In this document: positions 9,532 through 18,992 of the stretch, one piece after another | Position numbering within the stretch: position 1 is the stretch's first letter | How the letters are laid out: every line of letters starts with the position of its first letter | Assembly: GCA_934130375.1 (NCBI GenBank) | Contig: CAKOXW010000001.1 | Span: 50,946-114,945, forward strand | Source of the DNA: an uncultured Bacilli bacterium | GTDB taxonomy: Bacteria > Bacillota_I > Bacilli_A > RF39 > UBA660 | Direction of reading: 5' to 3' | Length of the DNA: 64,000 nucleotides | Translations under genes and position numbers: made by a program | Notes under the pieces: model-generated | Told to the model about the DNA's origin: nothing | Seen by the model: the letters and a program-made list of their open reading frames with translations, nothing else | Databases searched by the model: none

Positions 9532-9747
9532 ATGCTTTCAAAAAAGGAAACGATTTTAGAAGATAAGGATTGTGCCAATATGTTGGGTTTGCAAGTTAAT
9601 GAGTATCGTGAAAGTTTAAAAAATATTAAGGCACCTGCAAAAGAGAGTATTGATGAAAAGAATATTCAGTATGATAATAATCTTTTAAAATTTTTAGGTA
9701 TTAAACAATCAGATTTAAAGAAAAGAAACTTCATAGGAGGTAATTAG
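9532..9747 (+). CDS. small protein, candidate antitoxin of a type II TA pair
   Basis: 71 aa, GAAGAGGTG RBS. Its stop overlaps the start of the PemK/MazF-like gene (TAGTG). Confidence 0.35.
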   Translation: MLSKKETILEDKDCANMLGLQVNEYRESLKNIKAPAKESIDEKNIQYDNNLLKFLGIKQSDLKKRNFIGGN

Positions 9748-10166
9748 TGAAGAAAAAGGCAAATATAGGTGAGATTTGGGTAACTATTATACCTAGACTA
9801 TATTTTGATGAAAAGACAAATAATATGAGTGTTTCTATAGAAAAAAGGCCTTGTTTAATTGTGGATGATGGAAGAGGATTTTTAATTGAGGAAAATTCTA
9901 ATTATTCTGGCTTAAAAATAACAACAAGATATTCCAATATAAAATCTGTAAATAGAGTAAAAATAGAAAACTGGAAACAATTGGGTTTGAAAAAGAAATC
10001 CTATGTAAGAATTGAATTGCCACTTAAAATTGAGGACCAACAATTGATTAGTAAAATTGGAACTTTGTCAAGTGAAGAAATTGCATTGTATCTTAAAGAA
10101 TTGGCTTGTTTCTTTAATACAGATGTACTTAATAAACTTTCAAGTAATCAATTAGTCAAACAATAA
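9747..10166 (+). CDS. PemK/MazF-family toxin-like protein
   Basis: N-terminal NIGEIWVTIIP…EKRPCLIVDD resembles the MazF/PemK signatures G(D/E)I(W/Y)…V and RPx(L/V)(V/I)(V/L). 139 aa. Start is translationally coupled to the upstream small ORF. Confidence 0.45.
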   Translation: MKKKANIGEIWVTIIPRLYFDEKTNNMSVSIEKRPCLIVDDGRGFLIEENSNYSGLKITTRYSNIKSVNRVKIENWKQLGLKKKSYVRIELPLKIEDQQLISKIGTLSSEEIALYLKELACFFNTDVLNKLSSNQLVKQ

Positions 10167-10242
10167 GCAGCAAACACGCTGTTTTTTTCTTTGTAAAATT
10201 AATTTTATTATCTAAAATATATGATATAATAAATAATAGGAG

Positions 10243-11877
10243 TTGATATTATTGAAAAAGAATAATTTTATTGATGGTGCGATTATATCTACTTTATGTT
10301 TAATAATATGTAAAATATTAGGTTTAATATATGTTATACCTTTTTATAAAATTATAGGTACACAAGGTGGTGCGTTATATAGTTATGCTTATTCTATATA
10401 TGCAGTATTTTTAAATTTATCTACAGTTGGTATTCCTTCTGCAATTGCTAAGATAATAAGTGAATATGATACATTATCTTATAAATATTTAAAAGAAGAA
10501 GCATATAAGATTGCTAATAAGATGTTAAGTGGTATAGGGTTCTTAAGTTTTTTAATTATGTTTTTTGCGTCCGATACAATTGCTAACTATATAATTGGTG
10601 GTGTAAGTGGTGGTAATAGTGTTGAAGCTGTATCAATTGCAATCAAAACTGTTTCCTTAGCATTACTTATTGTGCCTAAACTTAGTATATTAAAAGGTTA
10701 CTTCCAAGGTAATAGGTATTTAAAAGAGGGAAGTATATCTGCTATTATTGAGCAATTAGTTAGAGTTTTAGTAATAGTTATTGGTAGTTTTGTTACTGTT
10801 AAGGTATTAAAACTTAGTGTTGAGTGTGCAGTATATGTTGCTGTTTTAGGAGCATCTATAGGTGCTTTAGTGTCTTACTTTTATTTAAAGAAAAAAGCAA
10901 AACCTGTATTTATAGAAAACAAGGTTGAGACTATTAGTGAAGATGAGAAAAAGATAAGTAAGAAAGATATAATAATTAAGATTATTGTGTATGCGATACC
11001 ATTTGTAATAATGTCAATGCTTACATCTGCTTATAATGTAGTTGATACTTTTACAGTTGTTAAAACACTTACTAGACTAGGGTATTCTACAAGTGTTGCT
11101 GAAACTACTATTGGTGTTATAAGTACATGGGGTTCTAAACTTAATATGATAGTAGTATCTATTTCTATTGGTATAACATCTAGTCTAATACCTAATGTAG
11201 TTGGTAGTTATACTAAAGGTAATTATAAAGATATAAATGAAAAATTAAATATTACATTTAAAATGCTTTTATATTTAACAATACCTATGGCTTTTGGTAT
11301 GAGTATATTATCAAAACCAATATGGCATGTATTTTATGGAATAGATATTTTAAGTACAGATATTTTTAGAATATATATATTACAAGTAGTAGTATATGGT
11401 TTATTTACAACTATTACAACTATTACACAATCTATGAATCAAACAAAAATTACAATAGGTGCTTTAGTAGGATCTTTCTTACTTAAGTTAATACTAAATG
11501 TTCCAATAATGAATTTATTAAAAGTAATTAATATACCATCCTTTTATGGACCAATAGTAACAGATATGATTTCAGTTGGATTAAGTTTAATTGGTACTTT
11601 GTTAGTACTTAAGAAAAACTTTAAATTTAGTTATAGAGAGATTATATATTTCTTATCTAAAGTTTTGCTAGGACTTATTGCAATGGTAACAACATTGTTG
11701 TTATTAAAAGAAATTTATTTTGATTATTCTACTAAGTTATTATCTATTTTAACAATAGTAATTTATACTTTAGTTGGAGCATTAGTATATTTCTTCGTAA
11801 CTAGTAGATTTAAATTACTACAAAGTATTTTAGGTGATGATTATATTAAAAAAATAAAATCTAAGTTCAGGAGGTAA
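10243..11877 (+). CDS. MOP-superfamily oligosaccharide/polysaccharide flippase (Wzx/MurJ/SpoVB-like)
   Basis: 544 aa, about 14 predicted TM helices. N-terminal KILGLIYVIPFYKIIGTQGGALYSYAYSIY is typical of the polysaccharide-biosynthesis flippase family. Confidence 0.65.
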   Translation: MILLKKNNFIDGAIISTLCLIICKILGLIYVIPFYKIIGTQGGALYSYAYSIYAVFLNLSTVGIPSAIAKIISEYDTLSYKYLKEEAYKIANKMLSGIGFLSFLIMFFASDTIANYIIGGVSGGNSVEAVSIAIKTVSLALLIVPKLSILKGYFQGNRYLKEGSISAIIEQLVRVLVIVIGSFVTVKVLKLSVECAVYVAVLGASIGALVSYFYLKKKAKPVFIENKVETISEDEKKISKKDIIIKIIVYAIPFVIMSMLTSAYNVVDTFTVVKTLTRLGYSTSVAETTIGVISTWGSKLNMIVVSISIGITSSLIPNVVGSYTKGNYKDINEKLNITFKMLLYLTIPMAFGMSILSKPIWHVFYGIDILSTDIFRIYILQVVVYGLFTTITTITQSMNQTKITIGALVGSFLLKLILNVPIMNLLKVINIPSFYGPIVTDMISVGLSLIGTLLVLKKNFKFSYREIIYFLSKVLLGLIAMVTTLLLLKEIYFDYSTKLLSILTIVIYTLVGALVYFFVTSRFKLLQSILGDDYIKKIKSKFRR

Positions 11878-11878
11878 T

Positions 11879-13012
11879 ATGAACGTATTAATAATTCCTT
11901 CTTGGTATCCAGGTAAGAGTGATAGTTTATTGGGTGTTTATCATAAAGATTACGCCAAGGCATTAAGTAAATATGAAAATGTTAATATGCTTTTTATTAA
12001 TAAGTATGGGCTTTCTTATATATTTAAGTACTTGTTTATAAAGAACAAGGTTATAGTTAATGAGAGTGGTTATAAGACTTATATATATAAGATGTTAGAT
12101 TTATCTAAGATAAGTAAGAAATTAGAATTAATTAGATATAGAAAAGTATTAGATAGGGCTTATAAAGATTATATAAAGAGTGAGAATATACCAAATATAA
12201 TACATGCCCAAGTTACATTACCTGCTGGGTATGGATCTAGTTATATTGGTAAAAAATATAATATACCAGTATTAGTTACTGAGCATTCTTCTAATTATTA
12301 TCAATATTTTAATGGTGTTAATAAAGAGTTTGGAGATTATGTAATAAATAATTCTTATTATTCAACAGTAAGTAATTATATGAAAAATGAATTAAATTTA
12401 AGTAAATGTTATGTAATACCTAATATAGTAGATATAAGTGTATTTAATAAGAAAAGATATAAAAGAGGTAATACTTTAAGACTTATTTGTATAGCAGGTT
12501 TTAGAAATGGTAAGAACCTTGATGATATTATTAAAGTAATAGATAATTTAGTTAATAAAAAGAATATGGATGTTCATTTAGATATGGTTGGTGATGGTTA
12601 TTTAATGCCTTATTTAAATGAATTAGTTGATAGTTTGAACCTTAGAAAATATATCAGTTTTAAAGGCTGTATCAAAGATAAAAATGAGATAGCTAAGTTG
12701 CTTGCAAGTAGCGATATATACTTAGTTGCATCTGATATAGAGACTTTTTGTATACCAGGTGTTGAGGCTTTAGCATCAGGTACTCCAGTGGTATCTTCAA
12801 GGTGTAAGGGTACTTCTGAGTATGTTGATAGTAAGTGTGGTGAGTTCTTTAATTGTCATGATATAGATGATTTTAGTAATGCGATTATAAGGGTAAGTAA
12901 GAAGTTAGATAGTTATGATATTAATTATTTAAAGAGTGTTGCTTTTAAATATAGTAGTGATGAGGTATGTAAAAAAGCAATAAAGATATATAAAGAAATT
13001 ATAAAAAAGTAA
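11879..13012 (+). CDS. glycosyltransferase family 4 (GT-B, retaining)
   Basis: …DIYLVASDIETFCIPGVEALASGTPVVSS… matches the GT4 E-x7-E region. Start overlaps the flippase stop. Confidence 0.75.
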   Translation: MNVLIIPSWYPGKSDSLLGVYHKDYAKALSKYENVNMLFINKYGLSYIFKYLFIKNKVIVNESGYKTYIYKMLDLSKISKKLELIRYRKVLDRAYKDYIKSENIPNIIHAQVTLPAGYGSSYIGKKYNIPVLVTEHSSNYYQYFNGVNKEFGDYVINNSYYSTVSNYMKNELNLSKCYVIPNIVDISVFNKKRYKRGNTLRLICIAGFRNGKNLDDIIKVIDNLVNKKNMDVHLDMVGDGYLMPYLNELVDSLNLRKYISFKGCIKDKNEIAKLLASSDIYLVASDIETFCIPGVEALASGTPVVSSRCKGTSEYVDSKCGEFFNCHDIDDFSNAIIRVSKKLDSYDINYLKSVAFKYSSDEVCKKAIKIYKEIIKK

Positions 13013-13032
13013 TTTCTTTTTTATTTTCTTAA

Positions 13033-13056
13033 GTGTAGTCGTGGGCTTAAATGGTA
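13033..13056 (+). repeat. copy 1 of conserved 3'-flank motif (…GTGTAGTCGTGGGCTTAAATGG…)
   Basis: 21 nt after the GT4 stop. Compare with copies at 29941, 38433, 59810 and 62867. Confidence 0.7.
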
Positions 13057-13131
13057 TATATTTTGTAGTATAAACTTATAAAAAAACTCTATCGTTAAAT
13101 AGAGTTAAAATATTTTCATAATAAGAATGTA

Positions 13132-13530
13132 CTATTTACTATTTTTTTTACTTTTATTTTTTATAGTTTTACTTAAATTTAAAATTTTTTGTTTAGCAAT
13201 TTCATTTTGTGCTTTTGCTTCTTGAAATTCACATAATAAAGCCTCAATATCATCAGCATGATGTATGCCAATTTCACGCATTTCTTTTTCTTTTTTTGCA
13301 CTCATTATACCATTTTCAAAATATTCAATCAAATTTTTTGGTAGGTGAATATTTCCATTATAGTAGAAATCTTTATCTGCAGGACAGTATCCAAAATTAT
13401 ATAATTTATAACTTACATGACGATAATCACTATCCCATTTAGCCACATAAACAGTTCCTAATGAGTAACCCATTTTAATTGGCAATCCTTCATTGCAAAA
13501 AAGGATTTCTCTTTTTCCTTCGTATTTCAT
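13132..13530 (-). CDS. hypothetical protein (132 aa, Lys-rich C-terminus)
   Basis: Intact ORF, no recognised motif. Confidence 0.4.
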   Translation of the reverse strand: MKYEGKREILFCNEGLPIKMGYSLGTVYVAKWDSDYRHVSYKLYNFGYCPADKDFYYNGNIHLPKNLIEYFENGIMSAKKEKEMREIGIHHADDIEALLCEFQEAKAQNEIAKQKILNLSKTIKNKSKKNSK

Positions 13531-13678
13531 AACTAAACCTCCTCGTACAATTATTATAGCATGATTTTAAATAAAAGAAAATTTATTCTACTTTTTTAGG
13601 GGAAATTTAAAAGTTTTAGGGAATAAAATAGTAGGAGGTAATTTATGAACAAGTATTTAAAAAGGAAAAATATAATAC

Positions 13679-14209
13679 ATGTCTAGGTATTATAAAAAAA
13701 TATATGAAGAAAAGTATTATATAGATATTACTAAAGAGAAAGTTAAAAATAGAAATATTAATCCAAGAGAACCAAAAGAAGTTTTTGTGTACAAGCAATA
13801 TGATTTATCAAATGCAAAGTTTGATAAGAAGGGCCTTAGTAGTGATGAAAAGAGAAGTGTTGCTAGTCTAATAAAGTTTTTAGGTTGGGAAATAGATATA
13901 GTGCATAGAGTGAATATTCCTGAGGGTGTTAAAACACCTGATATCTATGCCGAAGGTGAGTACTGGGATATAAAAAATTATAAGAAATCCTTGACTTCAA
14001 AAAGTAGATTTAAAAAAATACGGCATTCTATTGAGCCAAATTTAGACCAAGCAAATAATTTTGTAATAGATTTGAATAATAAAGACTGTGATTTAACAAA
14101 TAATGAAGCAATTTTACAAATTAATAAAGTGTTTAAAGATTTTGAAAAAGCACAAAAAATAGTTTTAATTGGAAAAAGTGAACAAATATATTATTTTATA
14201 AAAAAATAA
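13679..14209 (+). CDS. hypothetical protein (176 aa)
   Basis: Intact ORF, no recognised motif. Confidence 0.4.
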   Translation: MSRYYKKIYEEKYYIDITKEKVKNRNINPREPKEVFVYKQYDLSNAKFDKKGLSSDEKRSVASLIKFLGWEIDIVHRVNIPEGVKTPDIYAEGEYWDIKNYKKSLTSKSRFKKIRHSIEPNLDQANNFVIDLNNKDCDLTNNEAILQINKVFKDFEKAQKIVLIGKSEQIYYFIKK

Positions 14210-14265
14210 AGAACTCACATCGGCGACACTCCGCCTCAACAAGTTCTCTAATGATTACATTATAT
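14208..14265 (+). repeat. GC-rich compound hairpin element R1 (AAAGAACTcacaTCGGCGacactcCGCCtcaACAAGTTCT + TAATGATTACATTATAT)
   Basis: Nested inverted repeats AGAACT/AGTTCT and GGCG/CGCC. Immediately follows the stop of the 176-aa ORF. Confidence 0.6.
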
Positions 14266-14353
14266 CAAAAGATTTATAATGTGTCAATCTCGATTTTATA
14301 CTTTAATCAAGACAATAATATTATATGCAACTAATAATAATAAATACTAAAAT

Positions 14354-14410
14354 AAAGAATTTACCTCGGCGACAATCGCCTTGACAAGTTCTTTATTGAT
14401 AACATTATAT
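14354..14410 (+). repeat. GC-rich compound hairpin element R2, ~80% identical to R1
   Basis: AAAGAATTTACCTCGGCGACAATCGCCTTGACAAGTTCTTTATTGATAACATTATAT. The downstream flanks also share ATGTGTCAAT and TATACTTTAAT with the R1 flank, so the whole ~140-nt unit is tandemly duplicated. Confidence 0.6.
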
Positions 14411-14685
14411 TAAATAAGTTATTATATGTCAATAAAAATGACACTGTAAAAAAATGGAAAAAGAAAAAGCATAACTTTCGTTATACTTTAATAGTCCCAC
14501 AAGAGGCCGACCCCCTGAAGAGCGACCTCAAAAAGAATAAAAAGGGGTTGGCTAGTGTGATACTAGCAGCCAAACCAATTTCTCGGTTTGGTACTTGTTA
14601 TAATACTTATAAATGGTATTTTTGTCAATAACTTTTTTTAAAAAAAATAAAAAAATTTGATATAATTGTTATGGGTGGTGATTAT

Positions 14686-16662
14686 ATGTCTGATTTAATT
14701 TATTTAAAGGGTGTTGGCCCTAAAACATTATCGTTATTAAATAAGTTAGAAATAAATGATATTGATGATTTAGTAACTCATTATCCATATAAATATGAAG
14801 TATTAAAAAGAAGTGATGTTTCATCTTTAAATCAAGATGATAAAATAATAATTGACGGAATAGTTGAAAATGTTCCTGTTGTATATAGATTTAAAAGTAT
14901 TGATAAGATGCAGTTTAATATAAATATTGGGAGTAATATCTACAAGGTTATAATATTTAATAGAGGATTTATGAAAACTAATATTAATATTGGTTCACAA
15001 GTAATTGTGATTGGTAAGTTTGATAAGAAGAATAATACCATAGTCGCATCTGAAATTTTACTTAATGAAAATCTAAATAATATTAAAATAATTCCTTTTT
15101 ATAGGACTTGTGATGGGTTAAATAGAAAAACATTAAAAAAAATAATTAATACTGCGCTTACTGACTATAATCCAGTTGATTTTATACCTGATTATATAAC
15201 TTTAAATAATTCGTTTATTGATAAAAAAAGTGCACTTAATAATATTCATAATCCAAGTAATATTGAAATGGTAAAAAAATCACTATTAAGACTTAAGTAT
15301 GAAGAATTATTTATGTTTATGCTTAAGATAAATGCTTTAAGAGAAAAAAATGCTTTATATAAAAAGGGGTACAATAGAAATATCAACAAGGATTTAATTG
15401 ATGAGTTTATAAGTAAATTACCTTTTGCTTTAACAAAAGACCAGTTAAATAGTGTTAATGAAATACTTAATGATTTAAATAGTGATAGTAGAATGAATAG
15501 GTTATTACAAGGTGATGTTGGTAGTGGTAAGACTATTGTTGCTTTGATTGCAATATATGGAATGATTAAAAGTGGGTATCAGTGTGCTTTGATGGCGCCT
15601 ACTGAGATTTTAGCGGAGCAACATTATAATAGCTTTAAGTCTCTTCTTCCCAATGTAAATATTTCATTACTAACTGGGAGTACTATTAAGAAGTCTAAGG
15701 ATGAGATAAATAATGAGTTAGCAAGTGGTAAGATAGAACTTGTAATTGGTACTCATGCTTTAATTGAAGATAATGTAACTTTTTCTAATCTTGGGTTAAT
15801 TGTTACAGATGAACAGCATAGATTTGGTGTTAATCAAAGAAATAATCTTAAGAATAAAGGTTCTATGCCTGATGTACTTTATATGAGTGCAACTCCTATA
15901 CCTAGAACTTATGCTTTAACTATTTATGGTGATATGGATATAAGTACAATTAAGACTATGCCAAAGGGAAGAAAACCTGTTGTTACAATCGTTAAAGATG
16001 AAGATGAAATTAAGGATGTATTATATCTTATTAAAGATAACTTAGATTTAAATCATCAAATATATGTTGTCGCACCTTTAATAGATGGTGAGAATAATGA
16101 TTCAGTTACCAAGTTGTTAAGGCAATATAAATTAGCTTTTAAAAATTATAAAATAGGTATGCTTCATGGAAAACTAAGGCCTAGTGAAAAAGAAGAGGTA
16201 ATGAAGAAGTTTATTAATGGAGAAATAGATATTTTAATATCAACAACTGTAATTGAAGTTGGAGTTGATGTTAAAAATGCAACAATGATAGTTATTCATA
16301 ATGCAAATCTTTTTGGTTTATCAACTCTCCATCAATTAAGAGGTAGGGTAGGAAGAAATTCCTATGATAATTACTGTGTATTAATTGGTAATAAAGATAA
16401 TGAAAGATTAAAGATAATGGAAACAACTTGCGATGGTTTTGAAATTAGTGAAAGCGACTTTAAACTAAGAGGTTCAGGTGATTTGTTTGGAGTTAAGCAA
16501 AGTGGTGATATGAATTTTAAGATTGCCGATATAAAGAAAGATTATAAAATACTAGAAAAAGCAAATTGTGATGCGTTGGAATTTATTAAGAAAGGAAATC
16601 TTGATAAGAATAAAGTTTTAAAGTTAGAACTATCAAGGTGTATGGATTTAAGTGATGTTTAA
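14686..16662 (+). CDS. recG: ATP-dependent DNA helicase RecG
   Basis: GGTGGTGA RBS before ATG 14686. Wedge-domain N-terminus, Walker A LLQGDVGSGKTIVALIAI, DEQHRFGV and helicase motifs QLRGRVGR. Confidence 0.9.
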   Translation: MSDLIYLKGVGPKTLSLLNKLEINDIDDLVTHYPYKYEVLKRSDVSSLNQDDKIIIDGIVENVPVVYRFKSIDKMQFNINIGSNIYKVIIFNRGFMKTNINIGSQVIVIGKFDKKNNTIVASEILLNENLNNIKIIPFYRTCDGLNRKTLKKIINTALTDYNPVDFIPDYITLNNSFIDKKSALNNIHNPSNIEMVKKSLLRLKYEELFMFMLKINALREKNALYKKGYNRNINKDLIDEFISKLPFALTKDQLNSVNEILNDLNSDSRMNRLLQGDVGSGKTIVALIAIYGMIKSGYQCALMAPTEILAEQHYNSFKSLLPNVNISLLTGSTIKKSKDEINNELASGKIELVIGTHALIEDNVTFSNLGLIVTDEQHRFGVNQRNNLKNKGSMPDVLYMSATPIPRTYALTIYGDMDISTIKTMPKGRKPVVTIVKDEDEIKDVLYLIKDNLDLNHQIYVVAPLIDGENNDSVTKLLRQYKLAFKNYKIGMLHGKLRPSEKEEVMKKFINGEIDILISTTVIEVGVDVKNATMIVIHNANLFGLSTLHQLRGRVGRNSYDNYCVLIGNKDNERLKIMETTCDGFEISESDFKLRGSGDLFGVKQSGDMNFKIADIKKDYKILEKANCDALEFIKKGNLDKNKVLKLELSRCMDLSDV

Positions 16663-17443
16663 TAGAATTTATATAGAAATAACTAATATTTGTAATTTAA
16701 AATGTAGTTTTTGTCCAATAACAACAAGGAAGAAAGAATTTATGAGTGTTAGTGATTTTGAAGTAGTATTATCTAAGATTAAAAATTATACTAAACATAT
16801 TTATCTACATGTAAAAGGTGAACCACTTATGCATCCTAACTTAGATGAAATATTAAAATTAGCGTCTACTTATGACTTAAATGTTAATATTACCACTAAT
16901 GCTAGGCTACTTAAAGATAAAATAGATATTTTAAATAATAATAAGATTAGACAAATTAATATTTCACTGCATTCATTTAATAGTGTAAATGAGATTAAAG
17001 AATTACTTCCAAATGTTGATAAGTTAAAGTGTTATGTATCTTTAAGGCTTTGGAATAACAAGGATAATACAGAAATATATAAATTATTAGAAAGTTATTA
17101 TAATAAGAAAATAGATTTAAGTAATAATAGATTTAGTTTAAGTGATAGAGTATTTTTATCTATTGAGAAATTATTTGATTGGCCTGATATTAACAATAAT
17201 ATTATAAGTGAATATGGTACTTGTAAGGGTGGTAAGAAACAACTTGCAATATTAGTAGATGGTACGGTAGTGCCTTGTTGTTTAGATAATGAAGGTATTA
17301 TTAATTTAGGAAATATATTTGAAAGTAGTATCCAAGATATCATTAATACAACAAGGTATAAAGAATTAATTAATGGGTTTAATAATAATAAATTAAATGA
17401 AGAATTATGCAAGAAATGTGGTTATAGAAATAAATTTAATTAG
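16652..17443 (+). CDS. radical SAM protein with short SPASM/twitch-like C-terminal Cys cluster
   Basis: CNLKCSFC (CxxxCxxC) near the N-terminus. C-terminal GTVVPCCLDNEG…CKKCGY. Overlaps the recG stop by 11 nt. Confidence 0.65.
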   Translation: MMFNRIYIEITNICNLKCSFCPITTRKKEFMSVSDFEVVLSKIKNYTKHIYLHVKGEPLMHPNLDEILKLASTYDLNVNITTNARLLKDKIDILNNNKIRQINISLHSFNSVNEIKELLPNVDKLKCYVSLRLWNNKDNTEIYKLLESYYNKKIDLSNNRFSLSDRVFLSIEKLFDWPDINNNIISEYGTCKGGKKQLAILVDGTVVPCCLDNEGIINLGNIFESSIQDIINTTRYKELINGFNNNKLNEELCKKCGYRNKFN

Positions 17444-17452
17444 AGGTGAAGT

Positions 17453-18307
17453 ATGTTTAAGATAACTAAAAGTTATATACCAGGTAAGTTTAAAACTAGT
17501 ATTATATTAATAAGTGATATACATTATACTAATAGAAAAGATATTAAGAAGTTAGATAAATTATATAATGTTTTAAAGAATATGAAATCTAAGTATGTTT
17601 GTATAGCAGGTGATTTAATAGATAGTTATGATATAGAGAAAAAATATATAATTGATTATTTAAAAAAATTATCTAAGATAAAAAAAATAATTATATCTCT
17701 TGGTAATCATGATATAAGATTAAAAGATAAAGAGTATTCAAGTTTTTTTGATAAAGATTTTTGGAATACAATTAAAAAAATAGATAATGTTTATTTACTT
17801 AATAATGAAGGTGTATTAATAGATGATATATACTTCTATGGATTTACTCAAAGTTTTGATTATTATTACAAAAACAAATGTGAATCCCTAGATTTACTTT
17901 TAAATGAAATTGATAATAATAATGTAAATAGAACATATGGTAAGTACAAAGTATTACTTATGCATTCTCCAATATTTATTGATAATAAAATAGTGAGAGA
18001 AAAACTAAGTAGTTATGATTTGATATTATCTGGGCATATGCATAATGGATGTATTCCTCCAATAATTGATGAATTATTTAAGAATGATAGAGGTATTATC
18101 GCACCAAATAAAAAAATATTTCCTAAAAATGCAAGGGGTATAAGCATAGTCGGTAATTATGCGGTTGTATCATCTGGGATAACAAAATTATCTAGAAGTG
18201 CGCCTTTAATTCTAAGGATGTTTAATTTTATATTTCCAATGTCTATACATGAATTAATAATAGGTAGTGATGATGTTTACAAAAATAATATAAAATATTT
18301 AAAATGA
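17453..18307 (+). CDS. calcineurin-like metallophosphoesterase
   Basis: LISDIHY…CIAGDLID…LGNHD…GHMHNG are the metallophosphatase motifs. Confidence 0.7.
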   Translation: MFKITKSYIPGKFKTSIILISDIHYTNRKDIKKLDKLYNVLKNMKSKYVCIAGDLIDSYDIEKKYIIDYLKKLSKIKKIIISLGNHDIRLKDKEYSSFFDKDFWNTIKKIDNVYLLNNEGVLIDDIYFYGFTQSFDYYYKNKCESLDLLLNEIDNNNVNRTYGKYKVLLMHSPIFIDNKIVREKLSSYDLILSGHMHNGCIPPIIDELFKNDRGIIAPNKKIFPKNARGISIVGNYAVVSSGITKLSRSAPLILRMFNFIFPMSIHELIIGSDDVYKNNIKYLK

Positions 18308-18415
18308 TATTGACAAATATTTATAAATAATTTATTATTAGAGTGTACAAATGATAAATTTGTGCACACTCTTACTGTTTTGTGTGAGAGTGTATTCAAC
18401 CAAAACCCCCTGAAA

Positions 18416-18478
18416 GGAGCTCTCCCCCCAGAGAGCCCCGCCTTTTTATTAAAGATACAACTCCATGTATCTTTTTTT
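18416..18478 (+). terminator. two consecutive intrinsic terminators
   Basis: GGAGCTCTCccccAGAGAGCCCCgccTTTTTATT followed by AAAGATACAactccaTGTATCTTTTTTT. Confidence 0.6.
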
Positions 18479-18506
18479 GTAAAAAAATATAAACATATGA
18501 TATAAT
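18477..18506 (+). promoter_or_regulatory. sigmaA-like promoter candidate (TTGTAA-18 nt-TATAAT)
   Basis: Read directly from the sequence. Sits upstream of a degraded ORF region. Confidence 0.25.
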
Positions 18507-18566
18507 ATATTTAATAAATAATATTTTTAAATGAACTTAGAAATAAATAGAAATGGATGTATTAGT

Positions 18567-18975
18567 ATGGAAAATAAGTTTTATTTAACAATAGAGAAAA
18601 ATATATTTGTTGTCAAAAGAAACATATATGGAAAAGCGCTAATTTAGAAGGAATTGATGTAAAATATCCAGAAACACAGGCAATATATGATGGTGGTGTA
18701 GTTAATGGATTAACTATTAATAAAATTATTGCTATTAACAACTTGAAATATGCCTGACAATTTATTTTAGAAAATGATTTTGTTGATTATGATTTTAAAT
18801 TATTATGTTATTTGCTAATAAAAGAATGGTAGATAATGGTTGTGGAATTATAACAATATCACAAGAAAATCAACTAATATTCTTTGAAAAATTAATTAAA
18901 TTTTATGAATCAGGTGATAATATAGACTTAAAACAATGAATTTATGAAACAAGTATTGATGGAATAAATTTATAA
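18567..18975 (+). pseudogene. fragmented remnants of an unidentified gene (short ORF pieces in all three + frames)
   Basis: RBS-led start MENKFYLTIEKNIFVVKRNIYGKALI*, then …KGIDVKYPETQAIYDGGVVNGLTINKIIAINNLKYA*, …ENDFVDYDFKLLCYLLIKEW*, …VVELGIITISQENQLIFFEKLIKFYESGDNIDLKQ*. No frame is intact. Its end (…ETSIDGINL*) is duplicated downstream of the ABC gene. Confidence 0.45.
18949..18975 (+). repeat. 27-bp direct repeat, copy 1 (ACAAGTATTGATGGAATAAATTTATAA)
   Basis: Identical 27-mer at 20794-20820. The two copies bracket the ABC gene plus its RBS. Confidence 0.85.
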
Positions 18976-18992
18976 AAGGAGGAATTTTAAAT

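Noticed and set aside
14500-14600. Possible SRP/4.5S RNA in the GC-rich tract (…AGCAGCCAAACC resembles the domain IV 3' strand GGAAGCAGCCAAGG)
   Set aside because: The partner strand and the GNRA tetraloop are absent, and the predicted loop is a 7-nt TGTGATA. It is kept only as an unassigned structured region.
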